A stretch of 64,000 bases of DNA, taken from positions 35,960,001 through 36,024,000 of the forward strand of contig CM114271.1 in the NCBI GenBank assembly GCA_050084515.1. Direction: 5' to 3'. The position numbers and the translations under genes were made by a program. Positions 50,641-64,000 of the stretch are shown here, piece after piece. The notes beneath the pieces were generated by a model, which was given only the letters and a program-made list of their open reading frames with translations, did not search any database and had not been told where the DNA came from. This stretch comes from Blasia pusilla. Lineage: Eukaryota. Numbering within the stretch: position 1 is the first letter of the stretch; each line of letters begins with the position of its first letter.

Positions 50641-53031
50641 CAATATGTCAATTCTTCCTCTTAGCGTCTCCATTTTGTTGTGGAGTGAAACGACAAGTTA
50701 GTTGACATTGGATGCCATTTTGACGTAAATAGTCATCAAACTTTATTGAAAGATACTCTTCTCCTCCATCACAATGTAATTTTAGAACGTGTTCTCTAGT
50801 CTGCTTTTCTAGTTCAACTTTTAATGTTTGGAACATTGAAAATACTTCTCACTTGGCTTTAAGAAAGTACACCCACATATACCTAGAGAAGTCATTAATA
50901 AATAAAATAAAGTACTAAAAATCACTAAGGCTATGTTGTGATGTTGTCCATACATCACTGTGAATCAACTCCAATATCTTGGATGCTTTTCTACCTTGCT
51001 TTGGAAATGGAAATCTAGTTTATTTTCCAAATTGGCAAGCAAGGCATACCTCTAACATAGTAGGACTCACTAATTTATGAAATCTTATTACTATATTAGA
51101 TGAGGAAAGACTCTGTAATCTTTGAAGATTTATATGCCCAATTCTCTTATGCCACACATTTAGATCTGTGACTTGTTGGCCACTTTGACCATATATTGTT
51201 GTTTGAATCTCTGGCATAGAAACATCTAATTTGAACATTCTTCCAGATCTAATTCCTTTGGCTATCATAGTGTGGTCATCCATTATTTCAATGAAAAAAC
51301 TATCTATGTTAAACTTCACTTGATAATCCTATTCTACTATCTGTTCTATAAAGATTAAGTTTCTTGCAATGGTAGAAAAATAGAGAAGATTTCCAAGAGC
51401 ACAAAGACCATATGATGCTATTAGAACTTCACCAGTATATGTGATATGATGTTGAGTATCATCTTCTATGAGCACTATTGCACGATCTTTCACCAACTTT
51501 ATACTACTGAACCATTTAGCTTGTGAGGTCATATGATTTGATGCACCAGAGTCGATGTATCAATATGATGTCGAGTCTTTCTTGACCATTTCTCCCATAT
51601 GATGAGTCGTGACCAAGAGGTGCTCAATTTATAAATGTTGTTGTTGTTCTTGATACTGCCCTTGGTGTTGTTGCTCCACATAATTTTGTTGCCGTAAGGT
51701 TCCCGTTCTCATATGTGCCTTCTTCTTGAAGCAAAACCTTTGAATAGTGACCCTTTATCCCAAAGTAATTGGAAGATCCAGAGACCCTCTGTTGTTGATC
51801 TCGATCCCAATGGTTTCTTCCATCACCAACTTGTGATTGTGTCTAGTAATGACTCAAAATTTATAGTAGATCAAGTGGCGTTATATTGAGTGCCTCTTCC
51901 TCCATGCTTGATACCCGCCATGACTACAGAAGCTTCTACCACGACCTCTGCCTCCGTTTGATCCATTTTTGCAAATTGCCCACTCTCTTGCATACTAGAA
52001 TAGTTATTACTACCTACTAGGTGCAGCTTCTCACTGATTTACATTGGGACTAACTCTTGAAAAGTTGGATACTTCTCTCTCAAAGAGATAGAAGTCTCAA
52101 AGGACTTGTAATCCTTTGGAAGGCCTTGAAGAGTGAACAAAGTCATGTCATCATCTTCTACTGTCATTCCAATGCTATTCAACTTATTAATAATATGTCT
52201 GACACTCAAAATATAGTCATTGATGCTCTGAGATCCTTTCCTCACTTCATTCAATTAATGTTTCAATTGAAGCTTTTTGGCCTTTGAAAATATCTAGAAA
52301 AACTTTTCCAATGCATCCTAGGACTCTTTCAGAGTATCAACATCTTGAATATGATCTATAATTGGAAAACTAATCGTTATTGAAATATAGTGGACTACTT
52401 GCGTTGCGCGTTTGTTCCAAGGGCGAAAATTCAAGTCTGTTGAGTCATCTTCTAGCTTGGCCTCATCAATTGTAACAAGCTCCTATAGTTCTTGACCCAT
52501 GAGAAATTGTTTCATTCGAAATTCCAGACATTATAGTTTTTCTTGTCTAGCTCCTCGCCTGTGATTCCTGTTGAGGACTACTCCATGAAGAACAATTTTA
52601 CTCAAAAAAATGTAATGTCAAGCTCTTCATTGCTCCAAACTGAAATTTTACCTTCTCTTGCCTCTCTACTCTGCTCAAACATAAAAAAATTTAAGTGATG
52701 TTCTCCCATCACTTTAATACCATGTAGAAAAATGTTAAGGAAGCATAAGTGGTGGAAAACGACTCTCACACTCACACACCACCATGGAAAAAAAAATTTT
52801 GCAATAAGAGAATGAGTGGAGAGTGGTCCCCTTCTCAATTCTATACAAGAAATCCTAACATACCCTGATCCTAATCATAGTCTTGAGTTAGACTTAGTGT
52901 GATTAACTAATCCTAGTTAAGATAACCGTGCTTAATTGACTAACCAAGATTAAGTTTCCGTACTTTGTGTGAGTACCAAATTTTAGGAGTTAGGGTGTTG
53001 GATGAGCTTGATTGTGACTCAATCTTCAACA
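50640..53031 (-). mobile_element. Ty1/Copia element C: 5' half of a second, more decayed copy of family A
   Basis: LTR 52723-53031 (TG...CA) homologous to the A LTRs; degenerate PBS 52711-52722; gag, PR and integrase colinear with 43330-45680; ends inside integrase just after QQNGDAKRKN. Confidence 0.92.
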
Positions 53032-54230
53032 TGCCATAGGCGAGCTTGGATGAAATCATCTTTGGCTAAGGCACTAGTGGCTATTATGGATTTGCAATAA
53101 TTGGATTGTACAAGTCCAAAGGTGGGTTGAGAATTTGGCAACTTCCAAGCTGGTTTTAATTACCGTACCGTATGAAAATCATCCTTCATGTCGTGAACCT
53201 TCATGCTCCTACGTATTTCACTTGCTAGGTTTTGCACGCCGAATGCTATTCGTTGACTGATTGCTAGTCATAATCCCTTACAATGGAATTAGTAGACATA
53301 AAATGAATGCTATTTATACACCAACGACTATTCATAGCCCAACACCTATTCACAACACGACTACTATTTACAAACCACTAACTATTCAGATGCCTGCTTC
53401 AATCCTCCATTCCAATTTCATAAGTTTTTTATAAGAATAAACCTTCATGAAATGTTGTCAACTTTTGAGTTGTCTTAATGACCGCACTATGTGAAAGAAG
53501 TTTGTCATGTGATGAACATCCATGATTATTTCTAAAGCAAAAACTATACATAGCACGACTATTATCTACGATTAGGCAACAACCTCTACGCCAATAACTT
53601 CTTGGTGATCGGCAGCTATTTCCGCACAGAGCGAAGTCTATTCGGAGTTTGATTTGTAATTAGAAAGGTAATGAGCTTTGTCTAAATCTTCGCAGAGGAT
53701 TGTACATCAACTTACAATACAAAGAGTGAAATCTTTGTTAAAGAAAGTGGCAAGATATCTACCAATTGCCCATGAGTATAGTAGTAGCTAACAATACAAT
53801 AACTTGGATCATATACTAAAACTTTGCTTTTTAGGCATCATCGTGACTCTTTGGTAAGAATTTACACTGATGTTATAGTCACCCATGTCAAAGGGAATTC
53901 AAAATTGGTTTTCCATTCCGTATCTAAATCAACCAACGTGGCAAGATGTAATAACTCTTGTTGCTAAAACATTGTTGCTCAAAGGGTTCTGGTTGATCTC
54001 CACTAATACATGCCCTTGCATCGAATCAAACACAACAACTAAGTTTTTACCCGCTCATAGCTAATTCATCTCCTATTCCTTGGTAGCCACATGCTTCTAT
54101 TTCAAAATAGTGTCCTTCCTCTCTCTCGTTTCCCGCCATTGTTGACAATACACTTCAACTCTTGTCCATAAATTGCAATGTAGTGGAAAACGCTTAGGGG
54201 AACCTTAATCGGACTGTCTGGTAAGTATTA

Positions 54231-57200
54231 CTAGTAAGGTGCCAGTGCGATGCACGGGTGTAAGAGGGAATACGAAAGATGCAAATAGGCAAGAAGGAAT
54301 CAATTTTTTTGATCTGATTTTGAAATATTTATTTTATCCAAATATTTTTTTATACACTACATTCCGTATATAGTCACCTTCCTTATTTGAATGTTCATCT
54401 CTTCCAATTGTAATGTGGATAGAACTTCTCTTCCCTACTCTAGATAATGCTACATATAATTGGCCATGAGAAAATACTGGAGTAGGCAAGTAAATGCCCA
54501 ACTTTTGCAAAGTTTGACCTTCGGACTTATTGATAGTCATAGCAAAAGCCGGTCGAATAAGGAATTGAAACTACGTAAATCAAATGGCAAACGTGAATCT
54601 GATGCAATCAATGGGATACGTGGAACAAAAATTTGATCTCCAATATTCTTCCCTGTGATAATTTCAGCATCTATGCAATGTTGCATAAATCCACGAACCA
54701 CCAATCTTGTCCCGTTTGCTTATCCATGTGCTCCATTCATGTTTTGTAACAGCATGATTGGTGCCCCAATCTTCAAACACAATCGGTACGGAGGAAGTCC
54801 TGAAGGCAAGCATGTGTTCAAAAATTCAGTTGGATATATATGAGTCATCCCCTCATTTGGAATAGAGTCCACACTGAGGTAAACTTGCTCCTATACACAA
54901 AATATAATGAGTTTGTAAGAAAAGATAATATTAATATCCAAACTTGTAATTGAATAACTCTTTTATAAAAGTTAAATGGATTACCTCTCTTGGAAACCGT
55001 GACATTACGCTTGCATTTATGTCATCTACATCTTGATTTCTCATAGTCAAAATTGCCATATCTCTCAAGAAATCAATGTCATTGAATTTGGATGGAAAAT
55101 TCCCATATATCAAATCAATAAGATCACATATCTTATTACTTTTGGTAACAATTTCAGATGGTAATTGTATAAAGTCTTCTCCCAAATGTGGATGCAAAGG
55201 TACATGACCCTCTCCCACTTCTAATAACCAATCAACAAAAGCTTATTGTTCACTACGCAAGTGACCTTCCAACCTCTTAACTCACATGTTTGTAGACAAC
55301 TTCGAATTCATGACCTTTACATTAGACCAAAGAGATGACGTCTTTATGGTGGCTTGGATGATTTGCGGCCGATCCCCATGACAAACAATGGGCAACACTT
55401 GACGAAAATCACCACCAAATACCATAAGTTTTCCACCAAATGGTAATTGTCGGTGTTCATTAGAAAAAAAACTCCCATAATATCTTGTAAAGTTTGATTT
55501 ACAGCCTCAAATGCGTGACGATGAGCCATAGGAGCTTTGTCCCATATAATGAGCATTGCATCACGGATTAAACGCTCTCCATCTCTATTAACCGATAAAC
55601 TACAATAAGAAAAGGGGAGTAAATTAGAACTTGTGCCACCAAAATTGGAGCAAATTAAAATTGTGCATCACCTGAATTGGCACTTTCTTGCAAGTAGAGC
55701 TCTCATGAAGATTGATGGGGATTTTGAATCGCAAATGTGCAGTACGTCCTCCATCTAACAATAGAGTAGCTATTCCTGATGACGACAAAACCAAAGCTAT
55801 ACCTCTTGCACTCCTTACACTTGCAAGAAGAAGATTATATAAAAATGTTTTTCCCATTCCATGTGGGCCATCGATGAAAATTTGTTTTGGAGATGGTGGA
55901 GCATCCAAGCATATTTTATCAAGCTCATCATGTATAGCATCCCAAATAATACGTTGTCCTTCATTTAGACATACTTCTCCCAATTGCACTTGCTCAAATA
56001 GTTCTTCCATATCATACAATAGCTCTTGTTCTTCCAAATATGAATTTGATTGAAGTCGTTGGAAGTCAGGTTGGGGCATGTCTGGAAAGTCAGAAAGTCT
56101 TTTTTCTTGATCTTGTAAATAATAATGGACTTCCAACAATGCAGTATTAACCATAACATCTTCAACGGGAAGATTATGAATTCCACTTTTCTACAAAATA
56201 GGATGATAACCCGAAATTGTTTAAATTGTTGAATGCTCAATAGAAGATACTATTAGGAATAAAAAAATGATGCAAGGATATTAATAGATTCTTACCAGAC
56301 GTCGTTCATATAAGAGATCTTCTACCATTGGAACCAAGAATTGACTCCAAAGTGTTGCAGTTGAGCAGTGTGTTGTACGATAGAATAATTGCAAATAGGC
56401 GACGAAGTGAAGAACCTGTACGAATTGTAGAAGCTTCTTCAAAGCAAAAGAACACTTCCCTATCATCCTCAAGAAGTCCCAATTGGATAGAAGCCTCCTT
56501 GAATATTGGACATAATATCCCATTAATAGTTCTCAAACATTCATACGTAGTTGCTCCTCGAACATGATGGAGAAGTAATCTCAACCAATGACGTTCTCCT
56601 TCACCTATGAGGAATTAAACTAAATGAGTTTATCCCAACATATAGATATATCATTTTAGAGGTGGAATATAAAAGAAATTATATACAAAGAATTTGTGAG
56701 CATTTACCAGGATGAATAAGGTATGAGCGACCAATAGGATGGCCACAACCAATTTTTTTTTTGTACCCTACGAATCCATCTCTTGTTACTCCAACGATAA
56801 TAAGAAGGAAAATCTATGTATAGATATTTTCGAGCACTGGAGTCGGATAGATTGGTTGCAAACCATTGGGTCAATATTGTCTCTCTTTTTTGTTGCAAAA
56901 TATCTCCAAGAGCGTCAACATCATTGAAGTAGATAAATTGTTGTTCCGGAAAATGGACTGCTAGTCGTACGATACTTGGAAGTTAAGCATGTTGACTAAA
57001 CTTAAAGAGATGCCAACATGCCTCCGAAGAAGATATATATCTGGAATAATGAGAATTCCAAATATTTGAGTAAGGACAATCACATGAAGTTGAGAAATAA
57101 AATATAATGCATCAGAGAAGTCAATCCATAAAATCATACCTCGCATCAAGATATGACGTTGTCTCGTAAATAACTTCGATTACATTGGATGTATCCATAT

Positions 57201-60200
57201 CCTTTGACAAATTAAATGACACACCATTAGATCCTTTATAAACATATTTGTATAAGTACTTGACATCAGAAACACTACTTGTAATCTCCAAATTAATGTG
57301 ACAATCAAATAGGGTGCATAACATCGGATTGTAAGGTACAACCCAATGATTATCCAATGAATGTTCGCTCTTAATTATCGCCCTTCCATTCTCCAATCTA
57401 CAAAAATACAATCTCAATCGTAATTAATCATGAATGAATATGTTAGAAGGAATCATGAATTCATATGCCTTAAAATAAAAGGGTCCTTACCTACGATATA
57501 TCGGATAACCATTTTTTGTTTCGGTAGTGTTGGCCGCAAAAGCCTTAGGATAGCCTTTTGTACATTTTTTTTTTCCTTGTCCATACACGGAGCATTTGGA
57601 TTTAATGGTCCATATGGCCCGTGAACCATGCAATTAGCAACGATAGAATATAACCTTGGATGGATAGATTGATCAGGGATTTCAGCTGAAATGATACGAT
57701 CATAATCAATTGTGGTGCGTGGTTTATCCTCACGACCTAAAATAATAAGGACATGCACATGCGGTAATCCTCTTTTTTGGAATTCCACCACATGGATGTA
57801 TCCTACAACTCGGCCTAATATCTGCTTCTTGATGATAAGTTGTAAAAACTCCTTCTTTTTCTTCTAAAAAACCGGCATGACCAAATCTGGTCGGTCTGCG
57901 GCTGATTGGCCAGGTAATAGAGCTGATGTAATCTCCTCCCACTTTGGATTGCATGTCATGGTTAAGAAGTAGTCAGGCTTCCAAAAATGTTGTACAATTT
58001 CCATTGCATCCTGATATAATTGATGCATATGACGTGGCCCTCCAGTAAAATAAGAAGGTAATATAATGCATTTTCCAAGCCTTCGGCTATCCGCATCTTG
58101 TCGATGCATGGCATCCCTTACACCTTGATATAATTCAACCCTCAACTCCTTCTGATTTAAGCGCACCCATGATAATCGTTGCATTTCCAGAGTGGCATAG
58201 AGGTCAACCATATATTCTTGAGTAAGTCGACGAAGCTACAATAAGTAATTGTCATCTTCTCCTCCAACCCGCGCTTGAAGTCGAAAACATGCAAATTGCA
58301 ATGCCGTAATACATTTTGTTCTTCTTTCCTCAACAATATCCCCATAAACTCTGTCCTCATCCATGCAATCATCTGAATTCTCTACAACCTTCAATTCGCC
58401 CAAAGGGTAATCCAGGATGCCAACCTGGTTCACCATAGATAAATAAAAAAACAAAGTATAAGGAAATATATGCTTCGTTGAGGTCGGATATACGTTTGAC
58501 TCCTCCTCCATAGTCGTAAAATTATATCACGATGCTCAACGTGTTCACTTCCATCACCTGGAAAAATAACAGCAACTTCAAAAGCAATTGGTAAGTTATA
58601 ACGCTTTGCATCAAGACCTCTCTTACTTGCCTTGAGGATAATCTGCATATTAAGATCACTTGCTTCATATGCCATATGACAAAATATCTTCACATATGGA
58701 TTGCATTCATGTAGCATGTCTTGGAGACCTTTCAAAATATCCATATTTAGATTAGAAGATGTAGACATAACTCTAGCACGATTTTCCAATTCATTTGTAG
58801 TATCATGGATGTATAGTTGAGCAAAATGGGGATGTCTCCCTATATCAGGATGTAAAGGTCCAATGGAATGATAGATCCCACCTTGGACCCTAAAGTGTCC
58901 ACTACCACCATTTTTTTGTTTACATGTACCCCAGTAGATGCAAGTTGAAGTGCCGAATTATAAGCTCGAGCATGTGTAAGAAAATGAACGCTTCTAGGAC
59001 CAACACCCGAAATCAAGGATTTCAGAAATGGAGGAGATGATCTCAAGAGAGGTAAGTATATTCTTCCATGGCCACAACACATTCCATATGGTGAGTCACC
59101 AAACTTAGTACCTTTGACCACTTCACATTTCCAATACAAAGCACGGCAATGAGGGACATATCTCTGTCATAGAACCTAATGTATGACGACCGCTGGTATG
59201 ATTCAAACTCCTTTGTAATTGCAACTTCCGAATATCACTTTCTTGAAAATTTGGCCTCCTTGCAAGATTGGGTAATGTATTTAATCTTACAACTCTATCA
59301 AGGGTAGACGACGCACAAATTATAGAAGCATTTGGTACATTGGCACGTTGTGGAGATAACAAAACTCCATTAGGAGACATGGCATCTACTCTTGACCTTG
59401 ATTCATCCCCGAGTTGGGCAAAAGTTAACGAATTGTTGAAAACTTCATCTTGAACAGGAATAGGAAGAGTGGTTGATGAATTGTTGACAACTTCATCTTG
59501 AACTCGAATAGGAAGAGCGGTTGACAATTTTTTGACAACTTCATCTTGAATTGGAATAGGAGGAGTGGTAGGTAACTCAACTTGTGGTGGCCCAATCGTG
59601 GATGTTTTCTCGATAACTTCATGAAATGCATTGTCAACTAACTCGAGTCTTGGCAATATATACATATAGTCCGTCGATTGTTTGCTCACTTCTTGATTTT
59701 CTTCTACTATTATTCCATCCTCATTGGAAGGCCTGAGAAAATATGTCAAAATGTGGATAAGAATAAATACAAATCAAATATGGAGTAAATCAAGTAGTTA
59801 TGAAGTGAATCAAATATAAAAAGTTAGATGTAAGTACCTATTCAATGGAATAGGTGCAATACTCTTAGGCTGAACTTGACCATTAAGCCCTTTCCTTCTT
59901 TTTCTATACAGTAATTCCTCTTTTTTTCTTTGGGAGCTTCCATTCTATCAGCTCGAATAGCACGCTTTCATTTTTGGGCTTCGCCACGTAGAACCTTCCA
60001 AAAGTCACGTATATTGACAGGATTCAATGGGATTGGAAGTTTGGAACAACACATGAATGTTAAAAGCTTATGAAATCAAATGAAAAGTCAATATTTTGTG
60101 GGGTGGGAAATTGGACATGCTAAATGAGCGTCGATGTAGTAAACTTACGTTGGAGATGTTTCAGGTCGGAGTTCATCTTCAAGATGTGTTTGTTGTGCTA

Positions 60201-60560
60201 AGATTTCCTTGCGACGGACACGCCTTTTTTGTTGTGCATTTGCATGCATCAATTTTTGGAAGTCACGCAAATCCGTAGGATTTGATGGAAGAGGAAGTCT
60301 GTGCAACAATTGGGTTTATTGCATGAGAAAAATATATTTTCGAGAAAATGGTATGTAAGGCATCATCATTGAAATGGAAATAACGTGCTTACTTCCCTAC
60401 CCTAAGCAAAGGTTCTTACATCGGGGAGGTATTCTTCGATACTTCAATATGTCTTCCCGAACTTTGTTGCGAAATTGGCATATTTGTAATAATACCAAGT
60501 GGCCGTCTGTCCCTGTTTAGTGACGATCCGCCAACATTCACCATCTACATGATACACAAC
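54231..60560 (-). mobile_element. Helitron with intron-containing RepHel pseudogene; 5' end not located
   Basis: 3' end: hairpin CCCGTGC-ATC-GCACTGG (54242-54258) then CTAG (54231-54234) followed by T. Rep motifs FLTMTCNPKW, VEFQKRGLPHVH, KYLYKYVYKG. Pif1 helicase motifs GPHGMGKT, GGRTAH, IIWDKAPM, GDFRQ, MTINKSEGQTL, FSHGQLYVALSRV. N-terminal CCGHG; GT-AG introns (e.g. 54891-54984). Confidence 0.95.
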
Positions 60561-61325
60561 AGAAGTATTGAGAATTGAAATAAAATGACCAAAAGAATAA
60601 AGAATAAAAAGAAAAGAGAAGAAAAGAAAACAGGAGAGAAGAGAAGGGAAATTAGTAGGGGCAATTATTCATTTCGAATTTGATTTTCTGTAAAAATTAT
60701 AAATTGAATGAAAAAAATAGAGAGAAAATGAAATCTGTAGAATAAAATTTAGGGAAAGAAAAGAATTTAGGGAAGAAGAGTAAGGGGGAAGATTTTCATT
60801 ATTTATTTTAATTTTCTCTAAAATTTTAAATAAATTGGAAAAAATGGACTAATTTAAAGTGGGAAGAGGGAAAAATCCTTAAAAAAAAGTTGTGGGAACG
60901 AATGAGAAAAAATTGATGGGAATAGGAGGAATAAATTGGGAAAAAGGAAAAAAAGGGAGAAAATTACATTAAATTTTTTTTAAAAAAGGAAATTTAAAAA
61001 AAAGCCAGGTTTGGTAGGCCGAACCTGGCCCTAACCTAGCCCTCCCAACCCTAGGCCTAAACCGAGCCCCCGCATCCTAATCACACTGCCTTTGAATCCT
61101 AGGGTCAGATTTGAACCCTTCTCCCATCTAACGGCCAGGCAAAACACGCCGTTAGATGGTTAATCTGACGGCTTAAGGTCTAAGCCGTCAAATCCCTCCC
61201 CCCTCCACTTTTACCCCTACCCAATCGTCCAACCCTTTCTCCCTCACTCCCTCTCTCATTCCCTGCTATGGTCGCACAACGCTCGCGCTGCTTGTCCGGC
61301 CGCCCTCCCCTAATCCTCGTGTGCG

Positions 61326-62075
61326 CTCGAGCCCTCAGGCGACCCCTCTCCCAATCCGTGCTCTACTCATGCGCTCGAGCGCGCCCCTCCTCCCGGCTCA
61401 TGCGCACTTGAGCGCACGGATCATCATGGTGCGACCCAAGCCTCCACCATCTTGATGTGGAAACATCTCCTCTGAGAATCATCGCCTTTGAGACTCGATT
61501 TGCACTTGGATTTTTACATTGAAGGTCAATTTTGGCTGTGCAGTTGGGCTCTCGGGGTTTCGTGACAGTCAAGCTTATCCCCCAACGGTTCTGCTCTACG
61601 GTGTTCTTGACGGTCGATTTCTTCCCCTAACTTTTTGGCTCTCGGGTTATCTTGCTAGGCTCTCTTGCTAGTCGTTCGACTATTGGGTTATTTTTACAGT
61701 CGGACTCTCGAGCCTTTAGGCGCCCCCTCTCCTAGTCCATGCTCTACTCATGCGCTTGAGCGCGACCCTCTTCCCGGCCTGTGCGCACGGATCATCATGG
61801 TGCGACCCAAGCCTACACCAACTCGGTGCTTGAACATCTCCCCTAAGAATCGTCTTTTGAGACTCGATCTGCACTTAGATTATTACATTGAAGGTCAGTT
61901 TTGGCTGTGCAGTTGGGCTCTCGGGGTTTCGTGACAGTCACGCTCATCCCCGAGCGGTTCTGCTCTACGGTGTTCTTGACGGTTGATTTCTTTCCCTAAC
62001 TTTTCGGCTCTCGGGTTATCTTGCTAGGCTCTCTTGCTAGTCGTTCGACTGTGGGGTATTTTTGATAGTCGAGCT
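61326..62075. repeat. Tandem duplication, 2 x ~380 bp, followed by short TTTTGACAGTCGGG-type repeats to ~62350
   Basis: Units start CTCGAGCC at 61326 and 61707 and are highly similar throughout. Confidence 0.9.
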
Positions 62076-62698
62076 CTCTTGCTAGTTGTTTGACTATGGT
62101 GCTTTTGACAATTGGGCTCTCACAACATTGCAGATTGGGTCTCAGGGATTTTTTTTACAGTCGGACTTTCACGACATTGCAGATTGGGTCTCGAGGATTT
62201 TTTTACAGTCGGGCTTCGGATCCCTTGAAGTTTGGCTACTGAGTCGCTTTTGATGGCTGGGCTCGTTTGATAGTACACTCTTTCAGGTCTCCGTAGTTTT
62301 TTGACAGTTGGGCTACAGACCCCTAGCAATTCGACTATGGTGTCTCTTTTGACAGCCATGCTGTTATTTGACAGTAAAGAATTTTGGCATAGCAGCTTGG
62401 CTCTCAGGTATTGTTGATTGTCGTGATCATTTTGGAAGCGCCCAGAGCTTCTCTGAAGCTATTTTCTCTCCGAGATTTACCTGTCTATAACATATGTACA
62501 CCTGGGAAAGTAGGGGCAAAATGAGTGCAGTTAGTACTTGAGCTGAGTACTAAAAGAGGGGCAGGCAGAGACATTCATATTTTCTCAAAACTCTCAAAGT
62601 CGCTTTCATTTCAAAGTAAGCAATACATGACTGTCTGATCTACTCTACTCCTGATCGGCATACTCACCCTCTCATAGATCCCAAATTCAGATATGGAT

Positions 62699-63280
62699 CT
62701 AAATATTCACTACAACTTCTTTTCCCTTCTGCCCTTTATGTGGCGATTTCTTCGTGCACTGTGGATCATCCCTACGTCTGGTAGGCACACCGGGAGTTAC
62801 CGAGGACCTTCCCTTTGATGGTGAGCTTTGCTGATTTCGGTGCCGGGTCATTTTCCGCTTCTTAGCAGAGGATCCCTCCTCGGTATGTTCCCTTTCTATG
62901 CGGGGCCTCCTTATGCGATAGGGAGGAGTTCCTTCCTCCTCTACATCGTCTATTCCCTCTCCTCCAACCGGCTTCGGATTGTACCCTTTGTCTGAATCCG
63001 CAGGGTGGACTCTAGCATGCATGGAGTCCTTTATTGCATACTCAAAGCCCGGAGCATGCATGGGGGTGAGTGGCTCTCCCCAAGTAGGACTATCACGGTG
63101 CAACTTGTTCCATTTGCTCAAGCGCATACAGTCCCCTTGAGATATTGGAGACCATTATGTACTCTCCAATGCTTGGAGATCCGATGACTTTACACCGTAA
63201 TGTTTTTTCGAGCTCGTTACCTTGGACACACTCTTTCCTTTCCCTTGTGTTGAATTTTTTGCTGTGATTCTTGTTGCCAT
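62699..63280 (-). pseudogene. Low-complexity, basic/acidic TE-associated ORF with one in-frame stop
   Basis: ORFs 63155-63478 and 62699-63127 share a frame and are separated by a single TAA; ATG at 63280 (MATRITAK); NLS-like AKKRKMTRHR; no recognisable domain. Confidence 0.35.
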
Positions 63281-64000
63281 CTCTAGGTAGTTTCCGTTCT
63301 GCACCTTTGCTGTTTTGGATGTTGCAGATGTCGGAAGATGGTTAGAATGTGAGGAGCTCTGGAGGTGCTGGAGCGAACGTCGAATGTGGAGCAAGCCTCT
63401 CGAAAAGCCGTTAAAGTTGATGTAGATATCGAGCAGGGTCGGGGACGTCAAGAACGCCGGAGCTGATCTTGAGATCACATCAAGGGCCGCTTAATCCGGG
63501 CAGACTGAGCCTGAATCAAACGCCTCTCTTCGGGAGTACCTGTCAAATAGAATGTCCAGAAACCCAGCTTCTGGTTAGCTTGCTATGTTCATCCGCAACT
63601 ACATAGAGCTCAGTACTTTAGTTCATAGAGCTCAAAGCAATGTAGATTCGTAAAGCAGAGACATGTCTTACTCTATCTAGCAATAAATGAAGTTCAGCGT
63701 GTATGAATGACGCATTAGAGCTTGGTGAATGAATGAGTTCACTTTACCTCAGCAGCCGTTGTGAGAAAAATGGGGAGTGTGTAATTAGTAAGAGGGAATA
63801 AATAAGGGTCAAGTTTGAATTCACAACCCTCGCACTCACAACTTCTCGACAAATGAGAAGCCAATCTCATCAGACGACGCTGGTTTGAAGGATCCAAACC
63901 GTCAAGGACAAAAGGACAGAAATTTGAAACAAAAGTTGCGGCCTAAAATGAAACCCTAAGTCCGTTGCATGTGCTAGGTCGGCTTCAGACGCACGAAAAT

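Overview
Land-plant nuclear DNA, probably a bryophyte such as a liverwort (inference only), made of gene islands within decayed transposons. Three genes are well supported. (1) An intronless TPM-domain thylakoid lumen protein of the TLP18.3/Psb32 type (20854-21720, +). (2) tRNA-Pro(CGG) (23947-24018, +). (3) An intronless amidohydrolase-2 family decarboxylase-like gene (36516-37703, -) that resembles actinobacterial/fungal 6-methylsalicylate decarboxylase-type enzymes and carries extra N- and C-terminal segments; it is the best candidate for novel biology (probable HGT, possibly the liverwort lunularic acid decarboxylase). The TE content is a three-way nest of Ty1/Copia elements (40.7-53.0 kb), a spliced RepHel Helitron (54.2 to >60.5 kb), further Helitron, Copia and Gypsy fragments, a ZNF862-like hAT family and a CRE-like non-LTR element. 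Non-coding signals include a duplicated ~315 bp module with compensatory base changes (17.5/18.2 kb), several near-perfect hairpins around the genes, and a possible small-peptide ORF. TE boundaries are approximate unless a terminus or TSD is cited. All homology calls are motif recognition by eye, with no database search.
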